This document shows, piece after piece, positions 20,143 through 29,920 of a stretch of 64,000 bases of DNA. Origin of the DNA: Acidimicrobiia bacterium (GTDB lineage Bacteria > Actinomycetota > Acidimicrobiia > Spongiisociales > ZC4RG35); the NCBI GenBank assembly GCA_965203555.1, contig CBDBCY010000004.1:2048001-2112000 (forward strand), read 5' to 3'. A program made the translations under genes and the position numbers. The notes beneath the pieces are model-generated. The model did not search any database. It was not told where the DNA came from and saw only the letters and a program-made list of their open reading frames with translations. The number at the start of each line of letters is the position of its first letter. Positions within the stretch are counted from its first letter, which is position 1.

Positions 20143-20867
20143 TGCCGCTGCACCTCGGCGCCGTGCTCATTGCCCGGGCTTGGCCGCAACGGCACGCGCT
20201 CGAGGAGTTCGATCGGTGGCAGCAGACCAAGCATCTGGTCGACCTTGTGGCATTGCCGGGTGTCCGCCGGGTCAGCTACTACGCCACCCGGACGGCCGGC
20301 GTCCCCCAGGCCTGGCAGGGGAGCGGCAACCGGATGGCGGCTTACTGGGGCGAGGATCTGGAGGGGCTCAACCGTTGGATGTCCGATCCGGGCCTGGCGG
20401 AGGCCATCGAAGACGGCAGCCAATTCTTCGATTCGTTCAACGAGTTGGACGACAGCACCTACACGGGGAACGTCTACCAACTCGGACCCAGATGGCCGGG
20501 AGATCCGGAGCCATCGTTGCAGGGGTGTCTTCTAATGCAACGATTCGAAGTGACCGATCACGAGAAAGAAGAATTCGACGATTGGATCATCCGCAAGCAC
20601 CTGCCGGCCCTGCGCAGCATCCCGGGATGGCGGTGGGTCCAATGGGGCAAGGCGGTGAGGGGTCTTCCCGTGCAGTACTACAACTCCCCGGGCAATCGGG
20701 TGGTGCTGGCGGAATTGGATCACCCGACGGCGCCTGATCTGACTTCCGGACCTGTAGACCGCGTCTTGGCCGATTCGCTCAGGTGGGATCGCCGCCTCAA
20801 CTACATCCGCCGAGAGGTTGACGAGCGGGTCGCTTCTTTCGACAAACCTGTGGGGGCATCCGCATGA
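20142..20867 (+). CDS. Hypothetical protein, EthD/DUF4286-like (paralogue B)
   Basis: Two EEFD.W...HL..L...PG repeats; shares RFEV, GNR, DSLRWD and YI.RE with 15998-16777. Confidence 0.6.
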   Translation: MPLHLGAVLIARAWPQRHALEEFDRWQQTKHLVDLVALPGVRRVSYYATRTAGVPQAWQGSGNRMAAYWGEDLEGLNRWMSDPGLAEAIEDGSQFFDSFNELDDSTYTGNVYQLGPRWPGDPEPSLQGCLLMQRFEVTDHEKEEFDDWIIRKHLPALRSIPGWRWVQWGKAVRGLPVQYYNSPGNRVVLAELDHPTAPDLTSGPVDRVLADSLRWDRRLNYIRREVDERVASFDKPVGASA

Positions 20868-22081
20868 GTTTTGTAACCATGGAGAACGTTTGGAAGGTGT
20901 ACCTCGACGGTACGGTGGCGGTCGAGAGCCTCGATCTCAGCGTCGAAGAGGGCGAATTGATGGTGCTGGTAGGACCGTCGGGTTGTGGAAAGTCATCCAT
21001 TCTGAGGATGATCGCCGGCCTTGAGGAGATATCGGCGGGTTCGCTCTACATCGGAGGGGAACTGGTGAACGAGGTCTCTCCCGACAAGCGCAACATCGCC
21101 ATGGTCTTCCAGAACTACGCGCTCTATCCCCATATGACGGTGGCCGAGAACATGGGGTTCAGCCTGAGGCTCCAGCACGTGGCCAGGGCCATCCGGGACC
21201 GGGTGGTGGGTGAGACCGCCAACGTGCTGAGCTTGAGCGAATTGTTGAAACGGCAGCCGGCGCAACTGAGCGGAGGCCAACGGCAAAGAGTGGCGATGGG
21301 ACGCGCCATGGTGCGGGATCCGCGGGTCTTCCTCCTGGATGAGCCCCTCTCGAATCTCGACGCCAAGCTGCGCACGCAGATGCGAACGGAGGTGCGGGAA
21401 CTGCAGCGCCGTCTCGGTGCGACCATGATCTATGTAACCCACGACCAGGTCGAAGCCATGACCATGGCCGACCGGATCGCGGTGCTGCGGCGGGGTGTGC
21501 TGCAACAGGTGGGGACACCCCGAGAGCTCTACTGGGAGCCCGCCAACCTTTTCGTGGCGGACTTCATCGGCTCACCCGCCATGAATCTGCTCCAGGGCAC
21601 GCTGGAAGTTGACGGCGACCGAGTCAGCATTCTGTACGGCGAGGGATTGACATTCGAACTGCCCTCGCGGCTGCGGACCGGTCGGACGCGGTCCGATGCT
21701 CAGGGGAAGGAAGTAATCCTCGGTGTGCGGCCGGAGCACTTCGCCGTGGCCCACAACGGATCGGAACGGGGGATTCCCGTGAAGGTGCGGTTTTCCGAGG
21801 TACTGGGGTCGGAGACCCTGGTGCATGTCGATGTGCCCGCGCCAACCGTGGTGACCGAAGGGCTTCGCGAGATAGCCCAGGACATCGACGACACGGTGTT
21901 GAGTCAATTGGAGATGTCCAAGGAAAGCCGATTCGTCGTCAAGCTGAACGGAGACCGCCCGGTGGAATCGGGAGCGCAACTGCAGATCGTTCCCGACGAG
22001 GACTGCCGTCTTTACTTCTTCGATCCACAGTCGCCTGCAACGCCCGCCTGGTCGTTGAAACCCAAGGAGGATGATTTATGA
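20864..22081 (+). CDS. Sugar ABC ATP-binding protein (MalK/MsiK-like)
   Basis: GPSGCGKS, VFQNYALYPHMTV, LSGGQRQRVAMGRA, DEPLSNLDAKLR, YVTHDQ, FIGSPAMN. Confidence 0.95.
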   Translation: MSFVTMENVWKVYLDGTVAVESLDLSVEEGELMVLVGPSGCGKSSILRMIAGLEEISAGSLYIGGELVNEVSPDKRNIAMVFQNYALYPHMTVAENMGFSLRLQHVARAIRDRVVGETANVLSLSELLKRQPAQLSGGQRQRVAMGRAMVRDPRVFLLDEPLSNLDAKLRTQMRTEVRELQRRLGATMIYVTHDQVEAMTMADRIAVLRRGVLQQVGTPRELYWEPANLFVADFIGSPAMNLLQGTLEVDGDRVSILYGEGLTFELPSRLRTGRTRSDAQGKEVILGVRPEHFAVAHNGSERGIPVKVRFSEVLGSETLVHVDVPAPTVVTEGLREIAQDIDDTVLSQLEMSKESRFVVKLNGDRPVESGAQLQIVPDEDCRLYFFDPQSPATPAWSLKPKEDDL

Positions 22082-23097
22082 GTGACTCGAAGCTCTCGAA
22101 GCTTGCTCTCGGCTGCTACCCGCTCGGCGGTGGGTATGGGAATCTGGAGTTGGAGACGGCACGAGCCACCGTGGATGCCGCCTTGGATGCCGGCTGGACG
22201 TTCTTCGACACGGCCGAGGGATATCTCGACTCCGAGGTGAGGCTGGGACAGTTCTTGGCAGGACGCCGTGATCAGGTGTTCCTGGCCACCAAGGTGTTTC
22301 CCAACGAGCCCTATACCTACGAAAACATGAGGGTCTCCTTGAACAACAGCTTGAGGAAACTGCGCACGGACCGGGTTGATCTTCTCCAGTTGCACGGTCC
22401 CCCGGACTGGGTGATCACCTTCGACGACGCGCCTTCAATGGCCGAGGTGGGAGAGTCCCTGGCTCGATTGGTAGAAAGCGGTGATGTCCTCAAAGTGGGG
22501 GTCTGCAACCTCCCCGTTTCTCTGATGGAGGAACTCTCCACCACTGTCCAACTCTTCTCCACCCAGAACCTGTGGTCGCTCTACGATCAGGTCGGCACGG
22601 ACGACGGGATCCACCTGCCGGTGGGTGAGTCCATCATTCCCTGGTGCCGCGACAACAGTGTGCATGTCTTTGCCTTCAGTCCGCTGGCTCGAGGTCTGTT
22701 GGCCGACGGATTGTCGCCCGACCGCACCTTTCCGACCCACGACGAGCGGTATTACCTGCCCCGCTTCCAGCCCGACGTCTACCCCGACTGGGCGCGCCTT
22801 TCCAATCGGCTGGAGGGATGGGCGCGGGACAACGGTCGCACCCTGGTGCAGTTGGCGGTGGCTTGGACCCTGGCCACTCCCGGAGTCACTTCCACCCTGA
22901 TCGGCGCGAAGACGCCGCGCCACATCGAGGCCATGGCCGGCGCCGATGAATGGGAGATGTCGGAGAGCGACCTGGCGGAAATCGACGACATCATCGCCAC
23001 GCTCCCACCCAGAGCGGCCGCAGCCCTATCCATCGTCTGGGACCACTTTCCCGAAAATGCGGTCCGGGCCATGGCCGATCGTCGACACGGGCGGTAG
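22078..23097 (+). CDS. Aldo/keto reductase
   Basis: FDTA..Y, SE..LG, LATK, SL..L.TD.VDL.QLH, SPLARGLL, LIGA. Confidence 0.92.
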   Translation: MSDSKLSKLALGCYPLGGGYGNLELETARATVDAALDAGWTFFDTAEGYLDSEVRLGQFLAGRRDQVFLATKVFPNEPYTYENMRVSLNNSLRKLRTDRVDLLQLHGPPDWVITFDDAPSMAEVGESLARLVESGDVLKVGVCNLPVSLMEELSTTVQLFSTQNLWSLYDQVGTDDGIHLPVGESIIPWCRDNSVHVFAFSPLARGLLADGLSPDRTFPTHDERYYLPRFQPDVYPDWARLSNRLEGWARDNGRTLVQLAVAWTLATPGVTSTLIGAKTPRHIEAMAGADEWEMSESDLAEIDDIIATLPPRAAAALSIVWDHFPENAVRAMADRRHGR

Positions 23098-23325
23098 CTG
23101 GAAACGCCACCCGTCACAGCCATGATCCGATAATTGTGTGTCAAGCGGATTGTCTATGTGACTCGGTATGGGGGATGTCTACCTTTGAGGGTGGCTCTCG
23201 CGTCAGCGAGGCCTTCTCCGTTACCCACCCTTTTCAGACTCGCGGCTGGACTCAAGCGTAACGTGTCATGCGGTGCGAGAGTGATAGTACTTCTGCGCAT
23301 TGCCTACTTGACCTGGCGTTTCAAT

Positions 23326-23348
23326 CTACTCTAACATTGTTAGAGTAG
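23326..23348. promoter_or_regulatory. AT-rich perfect palindrome at the 3' end of the AlbA_2 gene
   Basis: CTACTCTAACA-T-TGTTAGAGTAG. Confidence 0.6.
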
Positions 23349-23349
23349 G

Positions 23350-24852
23350 TTATAGCCCGGGTGTTTGAGGTTCGTGTTCCGTTAGTACCCAATATGCCTG
23401 TGGGTCCTGCCGTGAGCTTCCCACCCACTTGACCAACCCAGCGGTCTGCAAGGTTTTGATGTGACGTAGAACGGTGGGTCGGGAATGGAAGGTGGCGGCC
23501 ATGATCTCGCCCGTGGAGAGCCGGGTTGCTACCCGTAATAGCTGCAGCACTTGTCGAGCGGTCTGCGGCAGTGCTTCCTCCACACCCTTGACGGTGGTGC
23601 GGGCGAGCAAAGTAACGTGAACCGAGGATGATCTCTGTTCAAAAACGGGATCAACCAGGCCCTCCCTCCGCATCCGGTCGAACATGCGGCGTATTCCTTC
23701 TCCCAACTCTTGGCCGAACCGCATGTCTGCACATACGCGGGCTATATTGGGGTTCCGGGCGTACCGCATCACTTCACGAGGATCGGCGCTGTTGGCGAGA
23801 CCAGGAAAGCGCCCCGGGCTGTGCACTTCGATTCGGTTGTCGAATATCTCGAATCGAATGTGGTCTCCGGACATGCTGTATGAGCGGTGCACGACCGCAT
23901 TCACAAGCGCTTCGCTCCACACCTCGGTGGGGATGATCGGCACAGTCTCGAATCGGCCCCGGTGTCCGAAGGCTTCCCGGGAAGGCATGAGGCTCTTTAT
24001 GGAACGACGGGCCTCTTCGATCTGACCGAGCAGAGACCCGTCAACCTGCCGATCAGTCTCCAGTTGCTGTCCGCGGCCGACCCCACGGGCATTGCCCCGG
24101 TATCTCAAGATACGCACCCGAGCCTGGGGGAACCAGGCTTGGGGCGTGATTCCGAATAGCAACACTGCGGCGACTGTGATCTGTCCGGCCCGGTCCACGA
24201 GTCCTCTTGCGGTAAGAAGTCGCTCTCCATTCCCGGATCCCAATGCCGAAGCCCAGGATGTCATGGCGCCGGGGTCCAGGTCGGCCTGGGAGGCGTCAGG
24301 TATCGGCGTTGCTTCGTAAATGCTCTGTCCCTTGTCATGCAGCAATTCCCGCCGCTGATCGAACCGGAGCTTTCGGGTTTCGTCGCCCACTCGAAGAAAT
24401 ACCTCGTCGGCGACCGTGGCATGAACCACGTTCGACTTCCTGATCCGGAATACCAACAGATGATCTCTCTGCCCGGATTGGTTGACACATGCCAGCAGTT
24501 CGGTGGAAATGGGGACCACAGGTACGGTGAAGTCGATTGCGGCCTGCTGCCAGGATGAAAGCAGCCTCGGACCGGAGTGGTAAATTCCGACGACGCAGCT
24601 CCTTTCGACTCCTTCAGAGCGGTCTTTGCTAAGACCAACCACCACGATTCCCCCGTCAGCATTGGCGAACGCCACCAGAGTGTTGGCCAGATCTCTCGCG
24701 GCGACACGCGGGCCTTTGCGCTCGAACCATTGGCTTTCGGGAACCTGGCAAAGCAACGTGCCGCATCGAGATTCGTCGGCGATTAGTGCTTGTTCAGCGG
24801 CGGCGGTGGTCACTAGGTCGGTGATCTCTCTCAAGAAAGCCAGTCTGGACAA
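23350..24852 (-). CDS. Schlafen/AlbA_2 domain protein with ATP-binding (RecG C-terminal-like) and C-terminal wHTH domains
   Basis: ESQWFERK, AFANADGG.VVVG, EALVNAVVHRSY, IE..SPG, RNP.IA, ELGEGI, C-terminal HTH; TTG start. Confidence 0.85.
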   Translation of the reverse strand: MSRLAFLREITDLVTTAAAEQALIADESRCGTLLCQVPESQWFERKGPRVAARDLANTLVAFANADGGIVVVGLSKDRSEGVERSCVVGIYHSGPRLLSSWQQAAIDFTVPVVPISTELLACVNQSGQRDHLLVFRIRKSNVVHATVADEVFLRVGDETRKLRFDQRRELLHDKGQSIYEATPIPDASQADLDPGAMTSWASALGSGNGERLLTARGLVDRAGQITVAAVLLFGITPQAWFPQARVRILRYRGNARGVGRGQQLETDRQVDGSLLGQIEEARRSIKSLMPSREAFGHRGRFETVPIIPTEVWSEALVNAVVHRSYSMSGDHIRFEIFDNRIEVHSPGRFPGLANSADPREVMRYARNPNIARVCADMRFGQELGEGIRRMFDRMRREGLVDPVFEQRSSSVHVTLLARTTVKGVEEALPQTARQVLQLLRVATRLSTGEIMAATFHSRPTVLRHIKTLQTAGLVKWVGSSRQDPQAYWVLTEHEPQTPGL

Positions 24853-24855
24853 CTA

Positions 24856-24876
24856 TACTATAAACTTTTTATAGTA
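24856..24876. promoter_or_regulatory. AT-rich palindrome immediately upstream of the AlbA_2 start, overlapping a possible -10
   Basis: TACTATAAA-CTT-TTTATAGTA; TATAGT on the minus strand a few nt before TTG 24852. Confidence 0.55.
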
Positions 24877-25069
24877 GATTACACCAACCCCGTCCTTATG
24901 TGATGGTGCCTCCCAAGCCTCTATTACCTCGACGGATGGCGCCCCACATGTTCGTAACAAGCGACATCGAAGGCTCTCCCAAGGCGCCATCAGCCCTGCG
25001 AGACGGTGAAACGGTTGCTCATCACTGAACCAACTCAGGTCGATTCAGCCAGTGGGGCCAGACCGCGCT

Positions 25070-27313
25070 TTACGGTTGGTTGGCGGCCCCAGGGGTGGGG
25101 TTGTCAACGGTTTGAAAGTCGCCGGTGGCGTCGGGCAGGCGGGCGTAGCTGTGATCCGCGGGAGATTGGCCTTCGCTCCAGTCGACACTGGAGACGAGGG
25201 CGCCGTCCAGCAGCCAGATTCCCAGTTCCTCGTCTCCGCCCAAGGCGAAGCCGGGCCAGCCGTCCTTGTCCAACCTGAACTGCACGTACCCGCCCGGTTG
25301 GATGCTGGCGCCGACCGGGAAGGAGACCCGCTTGGCGGCGTCGGTGAGGCTGTCGGCCACCACAAAGCCGTCGAGCGACACCGGATGGGACAGCGGGTTG
25401 TGCAACTCGAACCAGTCCAGGGGGTCACCCTTGGCAGCCACCTCGTTGATGACCAGGCCGACCTGCGGAGGAGGGTCGGGGTCCGGTGCCTGCGGGACGT
25501 CGCCACCGGTCGACGGCGGACGCCCGAAAACGCCGGAGAAGGCGCCGGCCACCGTGGAGCCGGGCGTCGTCCCCGCCTTCGACAGTTCCAGTGTGCCCTC
25601 GGTGAAGGGCGAGAAGGCGTCCGGCGCCGCGGCTCCAGCCGGGATGGACCACGTCCCCCCGGCGATGGCGTCCTCGCCAATGAGCAGCCTGGCGCCCTCG
25701 GCCAAGCGATCGAGGTCCATGGTCAGCGTCATTCCGGTGAGGGAACCGTCGTCGTTGAACCTGATGACGGTGACGGACCCGGGCCTATCGACGTCCGGTA
25801 GCAGGCTGCTCTCCTCCGGGCTGGAGTGGCCGGCCAGAACTGCCATGCCCTCCCCCGAATCCTCGGAGCCGTTCAGCAGCAGGTTGCTGATCGTCCCCTC
25901 CCCCCAAGGCTCGGAACTCAGGTTGCTTCCCCAAGTCGTCTCGAAGACGATTTCCAGGGTGCCCGACCCGGCGTCCGGCGGGGCGGATGTCTCCGACTCG
26001 GGCCACTCGGGCGGACTGGGTATGAGGTCCGCCAGTATCTCGCCTCTCCGCTTCAGGATGAACTTGCGCACCCGCTCCGTGTCGGCGGAGGCCTCCTCTC
26101 TGGCCTCCGGTAGAGCGTGCCGCTGCACGATGGCGGCCATTTGGTCCACAACGGCCAGCAGTTCCTCCTCGTTCCAGGCGATGCCCAGGATCTCCTCCAG
26201 GCGGGCGGTGTATTTGCCCCGCCAATCGGGATGGTTGTAAAGGCGGTTGGGGATGGCCGTGAGGGCCAGCACCGACGGGGGCGGGTCGCTGATGTTGTCG
26301 AAGGGATTGGGGTCGTCCTTCAGGTGGAAGGTGTCGTCGACGCCCCACGGTATGAACACGAACGGCCCGTCTGGCTCACGGTAGAAGTGATAGTTGTTGC
26401 GGTTGCCGGCGTACCCGTCCCAGTGTCCCACCAGCACCTCCGTCGCCCAAAAGGAGAGGAACCGGTCCAGGTCCGCGATCTCGCCCAGCGCCTCCAGGCC
26501 GGCGTCGGACGGGTCCTGCAGGGCTGCCACCACCGCGTCTATGTCCGACCAGTCGGCAACGTCTTCGTTGGTCTTCTTCTCGATGGTGCCGCGAAACTCC
26601 GGCGTGAAGTCGCTTACCGTGCCTTCGTACAGGTTGCCCTCGGCGCTATCGAAGTGCCGGGACAGAAACGGCGCCTTGATTTCTTCGACATGGACGTACA
26701 GTCCCAGATCCTTCCCGTTCACCGACACGGTGGCGAAGTTGCAGCGCGGCGCGGGAATACCGGCGGCGGCGAACACCCGGTACGACAGGCAGGTGTTGAC
26801 CATGGAGGGGTCCTGGATGCTGTTGTTCAGGGTCATCCGCTTCATGATCCCGCCGAGGGACCGGCCGTCCACGTACTTGTCGAACCGCAGCTTCAGGGAC
26901 GGCTTGGTGTCGCTCTGGGAGCCGACGAACCCCTTCTTGCGAATCCCGATGTCGGTGTGGGTCTCGCCGTCCACGGTGACGGTGCCGGAAAACCAGGTGT
27001 AGATATCGGCAAAGGGCCGGGAGAGGCCGAATTCCTCGATCTCCGCCATCACGTCCTCCAGCGTCCGGGTCTGGTGGCGCAGGGTGTCCCAGTCCTCGCC
27101 GGCGATTTCGATGCTGATGTCCAGCACGCGGTCCAGGGCGAAGTAGGCATCGCCGGGGAAGGTGGTGGTGGCGCCAGAGGTGGTGGTGTCGGAGGTGTCC
27201 GCCACCGTTGAGGTGGTACCGGCAGGGGATACGTCGGCGTCGTCGGTCTCGTCCCCGCAGGCAACCGCAATCATCACGGCCGCCGCCAGCACCATGGTTA
27301 GTCGCCGGTACAC
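25070..27313 (-). CDS. CotH kinase-family lipoprotein with C-terminal lamin-tail domain
   Basis: Lipobox AVAC, Thr-rich linker, RKKG..S...KPSLKL, LNN..QDPS, GLY..VE, GNLYE, HWDGY, NNY, IPW; LVINEV...DWFEL.N...PTPG..N; start uncertain (27343/27313/27295). Confidence 0.85.
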   Translation of the reverse strand: MYRRLTMVLAAAVMIAVACGDETDDADVSPAGTTSTVADTSDTTTSGATTTFPGDAYFALDRVLDISIEIAGEDWDTLRHQTRTLEDVMAEIEEFGLSRPFADIYTWFSGTVTVDGETHTDIGIRKKGFVGSQSDTKPSLKLRFDKYVDGRSLGGIMKRMTLNNSIQDPSMVNTCLSYRVFAAAGIPAPRCNFATVSVNGKDLGLYVHVEEIKAPFLSRHFDSAEGNLYEGTVSDFTPEFRGTIEKKTNEDVADWSDIDAVVAALQDPSDAGLEALGEIADLDRFLSFWATEVLVGHWDGYAGNRNNYHFYREPDGPFVFIPWGVDDTFHLKDDPNPFDNISDPPPSVLALTAIPNRLYNHPDWRGKYTARLEEILGIAWNEEELLAVVDQMAAIVQRHALPEAREEASADTERVRKFILKRRGEILADLIPSPPEWPESETSAPPDAGSGTLEIVFETTWGSNLSSEPWGEGTISNLLLNGSEDSGEGMAVLAGHSSPEESSLLPDVDRPGSVTVIRFNDDGSLTGMTLTMDLDRLAEGARLLIGEDAIAGGTWSIPAGAAAPDAFSPFTEGTLELSKAGTTPGSTVAGAFSGVFGRPPSTGGDVPQAPDPDPPPQVGLVINEVAAKGDPLDWFELHNPLSHPVSLDGFVVADSLTDAAKRVSFPVGASIQPGGYVQFRLDKDGWPGFALGGDEELGIWLLDGALVSSVDWSEGQSPADHSYARLPDATGDFQTVDNPTPGAANQP

Positions 27314-27445
27314 AATCCTCAGGGTATCGGACCACGGTCCCAACCAGGTTATCCGGCCCGAAGCCGGACTCCGACCCGGGTTCGGCTCACCGCACGGCGC
27401 CCGGGGGAGCAGCTACCGGGGGACCCAGCTTTCAGAATAAGGGTC

Positions 27446-28306
27446 TTACCCCGAGTCGGCCAGGGCCTGGCGGATCTGGTCGCGGACGTAGATCGTCTCG
27501 CACAGGTTGTCGACCCTGTCGCAGCCCCACTTCTGCATCCACACGTACTCGGCGGCTATGAAGCCCTCATAGCCCTGATCGACCAGCCGACGAACCAGAC
27601 GTTGGATGTCGATCGTTCCCTCATAGGAGATGGCCTGCATCACTTCCGGCGCCGCCTGGCGGACCTGGTGGTGCCTCGAGATCGGCAAGAGGGTCTCGAT
27701 GCGCTCCTGGGAGATGCCCTGGTAGACGAAGTGGGCAAAGTCGAGGCAGACCTTCAGGCCTGGGACCTCTGCGACGAGTTGAGCCGTTACCTCGGGAGTC
27801 TCGGTGATGGAGCCGATGTGCGGCTCGAAACCCAGTTCCAGCCCTGCGTCCTGTGCCACCTCCACCCGCCAGGCCAGCTCCTCCACCGCCAAGTCCCAGT
27901 CGCGGGCTGGATCGCGATCCTGGAATGGACAGCCCGGCAGGATGGTCAATCCCGGAGACTCCAGCACCAGGGTGAACTCGATGAAGCGGCGGAAGTCCTC
28001 TCGGGCCTTGTCGCGAACCTCGGCGGACGGATTGTTCGGCGCCGCCGACTGCACGTCGAACACTGGCCTGAAGTCGGTGATCACGATGGGAAAGACGTCC
28101 GCCACCGCCAACCCGTGATCGTCGGCCATCGCCTTTATCCGTCGGCCGACGCCGGTGGGATCGGCGATGACGTCCTCGGCGGAATTGTTGGGATTTCCCG
28201 AGAAGACGGCAACGTCCACCGCGTCGAACTCCAGTCCCTTGATCAGGGCAAGGTTCACGTTGTACGGCAGGAGCGGGAAGGAATAGTCGGCGCAGGAAAG
28301 CCGCAT
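27446..28306 (-). CDS. Sugar phosphate isomerase/epimerase (xylose isomerase-like TIM barrel)
   Basis: FEPH, LDFAH, H.Q.R, G.ID, GYEG.IAAE motifs; SD AAAGGA. Confidence 0.82.
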   Translation of the reverse strand: MRLSCADYSFPLLPYNVNLALIKGLEFDAVDVAVFSGNPNNSAEDVIADPTGVGRRIKAMADDHGLAVADVFPIVITDFRPVFDVQSAAPNNPSAEVRDKAREDFRRFIEFTLVLESPGLTILPGCPFQDRDPARDWDLAVEELAWRVEVAQDAGLELGFEPHIGSITETPEVTAQLVAEVPGLKVCLDFAHFVYQGISQERIETLLPISRHHQVRQAAPEVMQAISYEGTIDIQRLVRRLVDQGYEGFIAAEYVWMQKWGCDRVDNLCETIYVRDQIRQALADSG

Positions 28307-28362
28307 GGCAGTCGTTCCTTTCGTCATCGGGATGTAGCGTGCTATTAAAGTTAGGCCGACCG

Positions 28363-29781
28363 ATGAGTCGCCCCTCCCCAGACCGCCCACCTCGTATCGG
28401 CCAGTTGTCGGTTTACTTCGGACTCTTCGACGCGGCGATGCCCCCCGAGTTCCGCCGCGACCGGGAAGCACTGGCAAACCGCTTCACCGAGTTCCTTTCC
28501 GCCGGCGGGGACGTTGTCTTTCCCGGTCTGGTGGACTCCGAGGAAGCGGGACGCCGGGCGAATGACGTGTTTGCCGCCGAGCAGGTGGACGTGGTGGTGT
28601 TCGTTCCGGCCATGGCTGCCCCGCCCAGCTACGGCTGGGAGGCCATCTCCGGTCTGGGCATCCCGGTCATCTCGGTGGCGGCCCAGGAGCTCACCTCGAT
28701 ACCCGATGTGTACACCACCGAGGAGGGGACGCAGCGGAGCACCCTGGTGGGCCTGGTGATGTTCACCAACGTCATGGCCCGGGAGGGAAAGCCCATGGTG
28801 ACATTGGTGGGGCGGTTGGAGTCGGAGGAATTCGCCGCGGAGGTGGCGCAGACCGTACGGGCGGCCGCCCTGGCGAAACGCCTGCAAGGTGCGCGGGTGG
28901 GCGCCATCGGGGCTCCGATCGGGGGGTATCTGGACGTGGAGGCCACCCCCGAGGAAGTCGACGGCTTGGGATTGGAGATGGTCTCGATATCGAGGGAGGA
29001 ACTGAACGCGGCTTTTGCCGGAGCATCCCAGGAGAGCGTTGGGGAACTCGTTGACGGTCTGCGGGACAGATTCGATACCGACCGGACTCCCGACGAGACC
29101 CTTCAGCGGTCCGCCCGGCTGGCCGTAGCCCTTCGGGACATCTGCGAACGAAACGACCTGGTGGGGGGGACGGTGAACTGCCACGGCGACATGTTCCGCT
29201 GGAACCCGGAGGTGGGGATCACGGCCTGTCTGGGGGTGACCTGTCTGACCGAGGCGGGAACGCCCCTTTCCTGCACCGGCGACCTTCCCGCCGGTATCGC
29301 CCTGGTGATCGGGAAGGCCGTGGCGGGAGGGTCCCTGTACTGCGAGGTCTACGGGGTCGACTTCGAAGGAGACTGGGTGCTGCTGGCCAACGGCGGCGAG
29401 AGCGATGTCTCGATGGCCGATACATCCCGGCCGATCACCCTCCTGCCCGAGGACCACTACATGGGTGAGCAGGGTCCGGGCACCGCCATCGTGTTCTCCC
29501 TGCCCACCGGGCCCGCCACCCTGCTGAGCATGTCTCCCATCGCGGGGGCCGAGGGAGGTTGGGCGTTGGTGGTGGGCGAGGGGGAGATCATCGGTTCGCG
29601 GCACGAGTCGATCGAGGGCCCCAACGGGATGTTCCGCTTCTCCTCGGGTCCTGCGTCCGAGGCCTTCCAGCGGTTCTGCAACGCCGGCGCCACTCATCAC
29701 AGCGCCCTGACCCCCGGCCACCACCTCCGGACGCTTCGGATGATGGCGGAGTGGATAGGCTTCGAGGTCCGGGCGGTCTGA
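28363..29781 (+). CDS. L-fucose/L-arabinose isomerase-family protein
   Basis: V.FPGLV, G.IG....G..DV, NCH, C.GD, G.THHSAL..GH C-terminal motif. Confidence 0.7.
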   Translation: MSRPSPDRPPRIGQLSVYFGLFDAAMPPEFRRDREALANRFTEFLSAGGDVVFPGLVDSEEAGRRANDVFAAEQVDVVVFVPAMAAPPSYGWEAISGLGIPVISVAAQELTSIPDVYTTEEGTQRSTLVGLVMFTNVMAREGKPMVTLVGRLESEEFAAEVAQTVRAAALAKRLQGARVGAIGAPIGGYLDVEATPEEVDGLGLEMVSISREELNAAFAGASQESVGELVDGLRDRFDTDRTPDETLQRSARLAVALRDICERNDLVGGTVNCHGDMFRWNPEVGITACLGVTCLTEAGTPLSCTGDLPAGIALVIGKAVAGGSLYCEVYGVDFEGDWVLLANGGESDVSMADTSRPITLLPEDHYMGEQGPGTAIVFSLPTGPATLLSMSPIAGAEGGWALVVGEGEIIGSRHESIEGPNGMFRFSSGPASEAFQRFCNAGATHHSALTPGHHLRTLRMMAEWIGFEVRAV

Positions 29782-29920
29782 TACCGGCCTCTGCCCGGGG
29801 ACTCTCCCCGCCAATTAACTCTCTTCCCCACCGAAGCGCCGGAGGGTCTGTGCTCTACCATTACCTAATAGGGTTTTCTTGCAGAAGCAGGGGCTGAGAG
29901 GTCCCGGAACAGGAGAAGTG

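Noticed and set aside
23122-23147. dif-like sequence CCGATAA...TGTCAAG
   Set aside because: Only 5 nt separate CCGATAA and TGTCAA; an actinobacterial dif needs a 6-nt spacer plus TTA
24901-24992. TGATGGTGCCT / AGGCGCCATCA long-range inverted repeat
   Set aside because: 11-bp arms with a ~70-nt loop; could be chance, with no other support
28351-29814. Long antisense and alternate-frame ORFs (this one and many others, e.g. 57959-59014)
   Set aside because: Shadow ORFs expected from high-GC codon bias; no motifs
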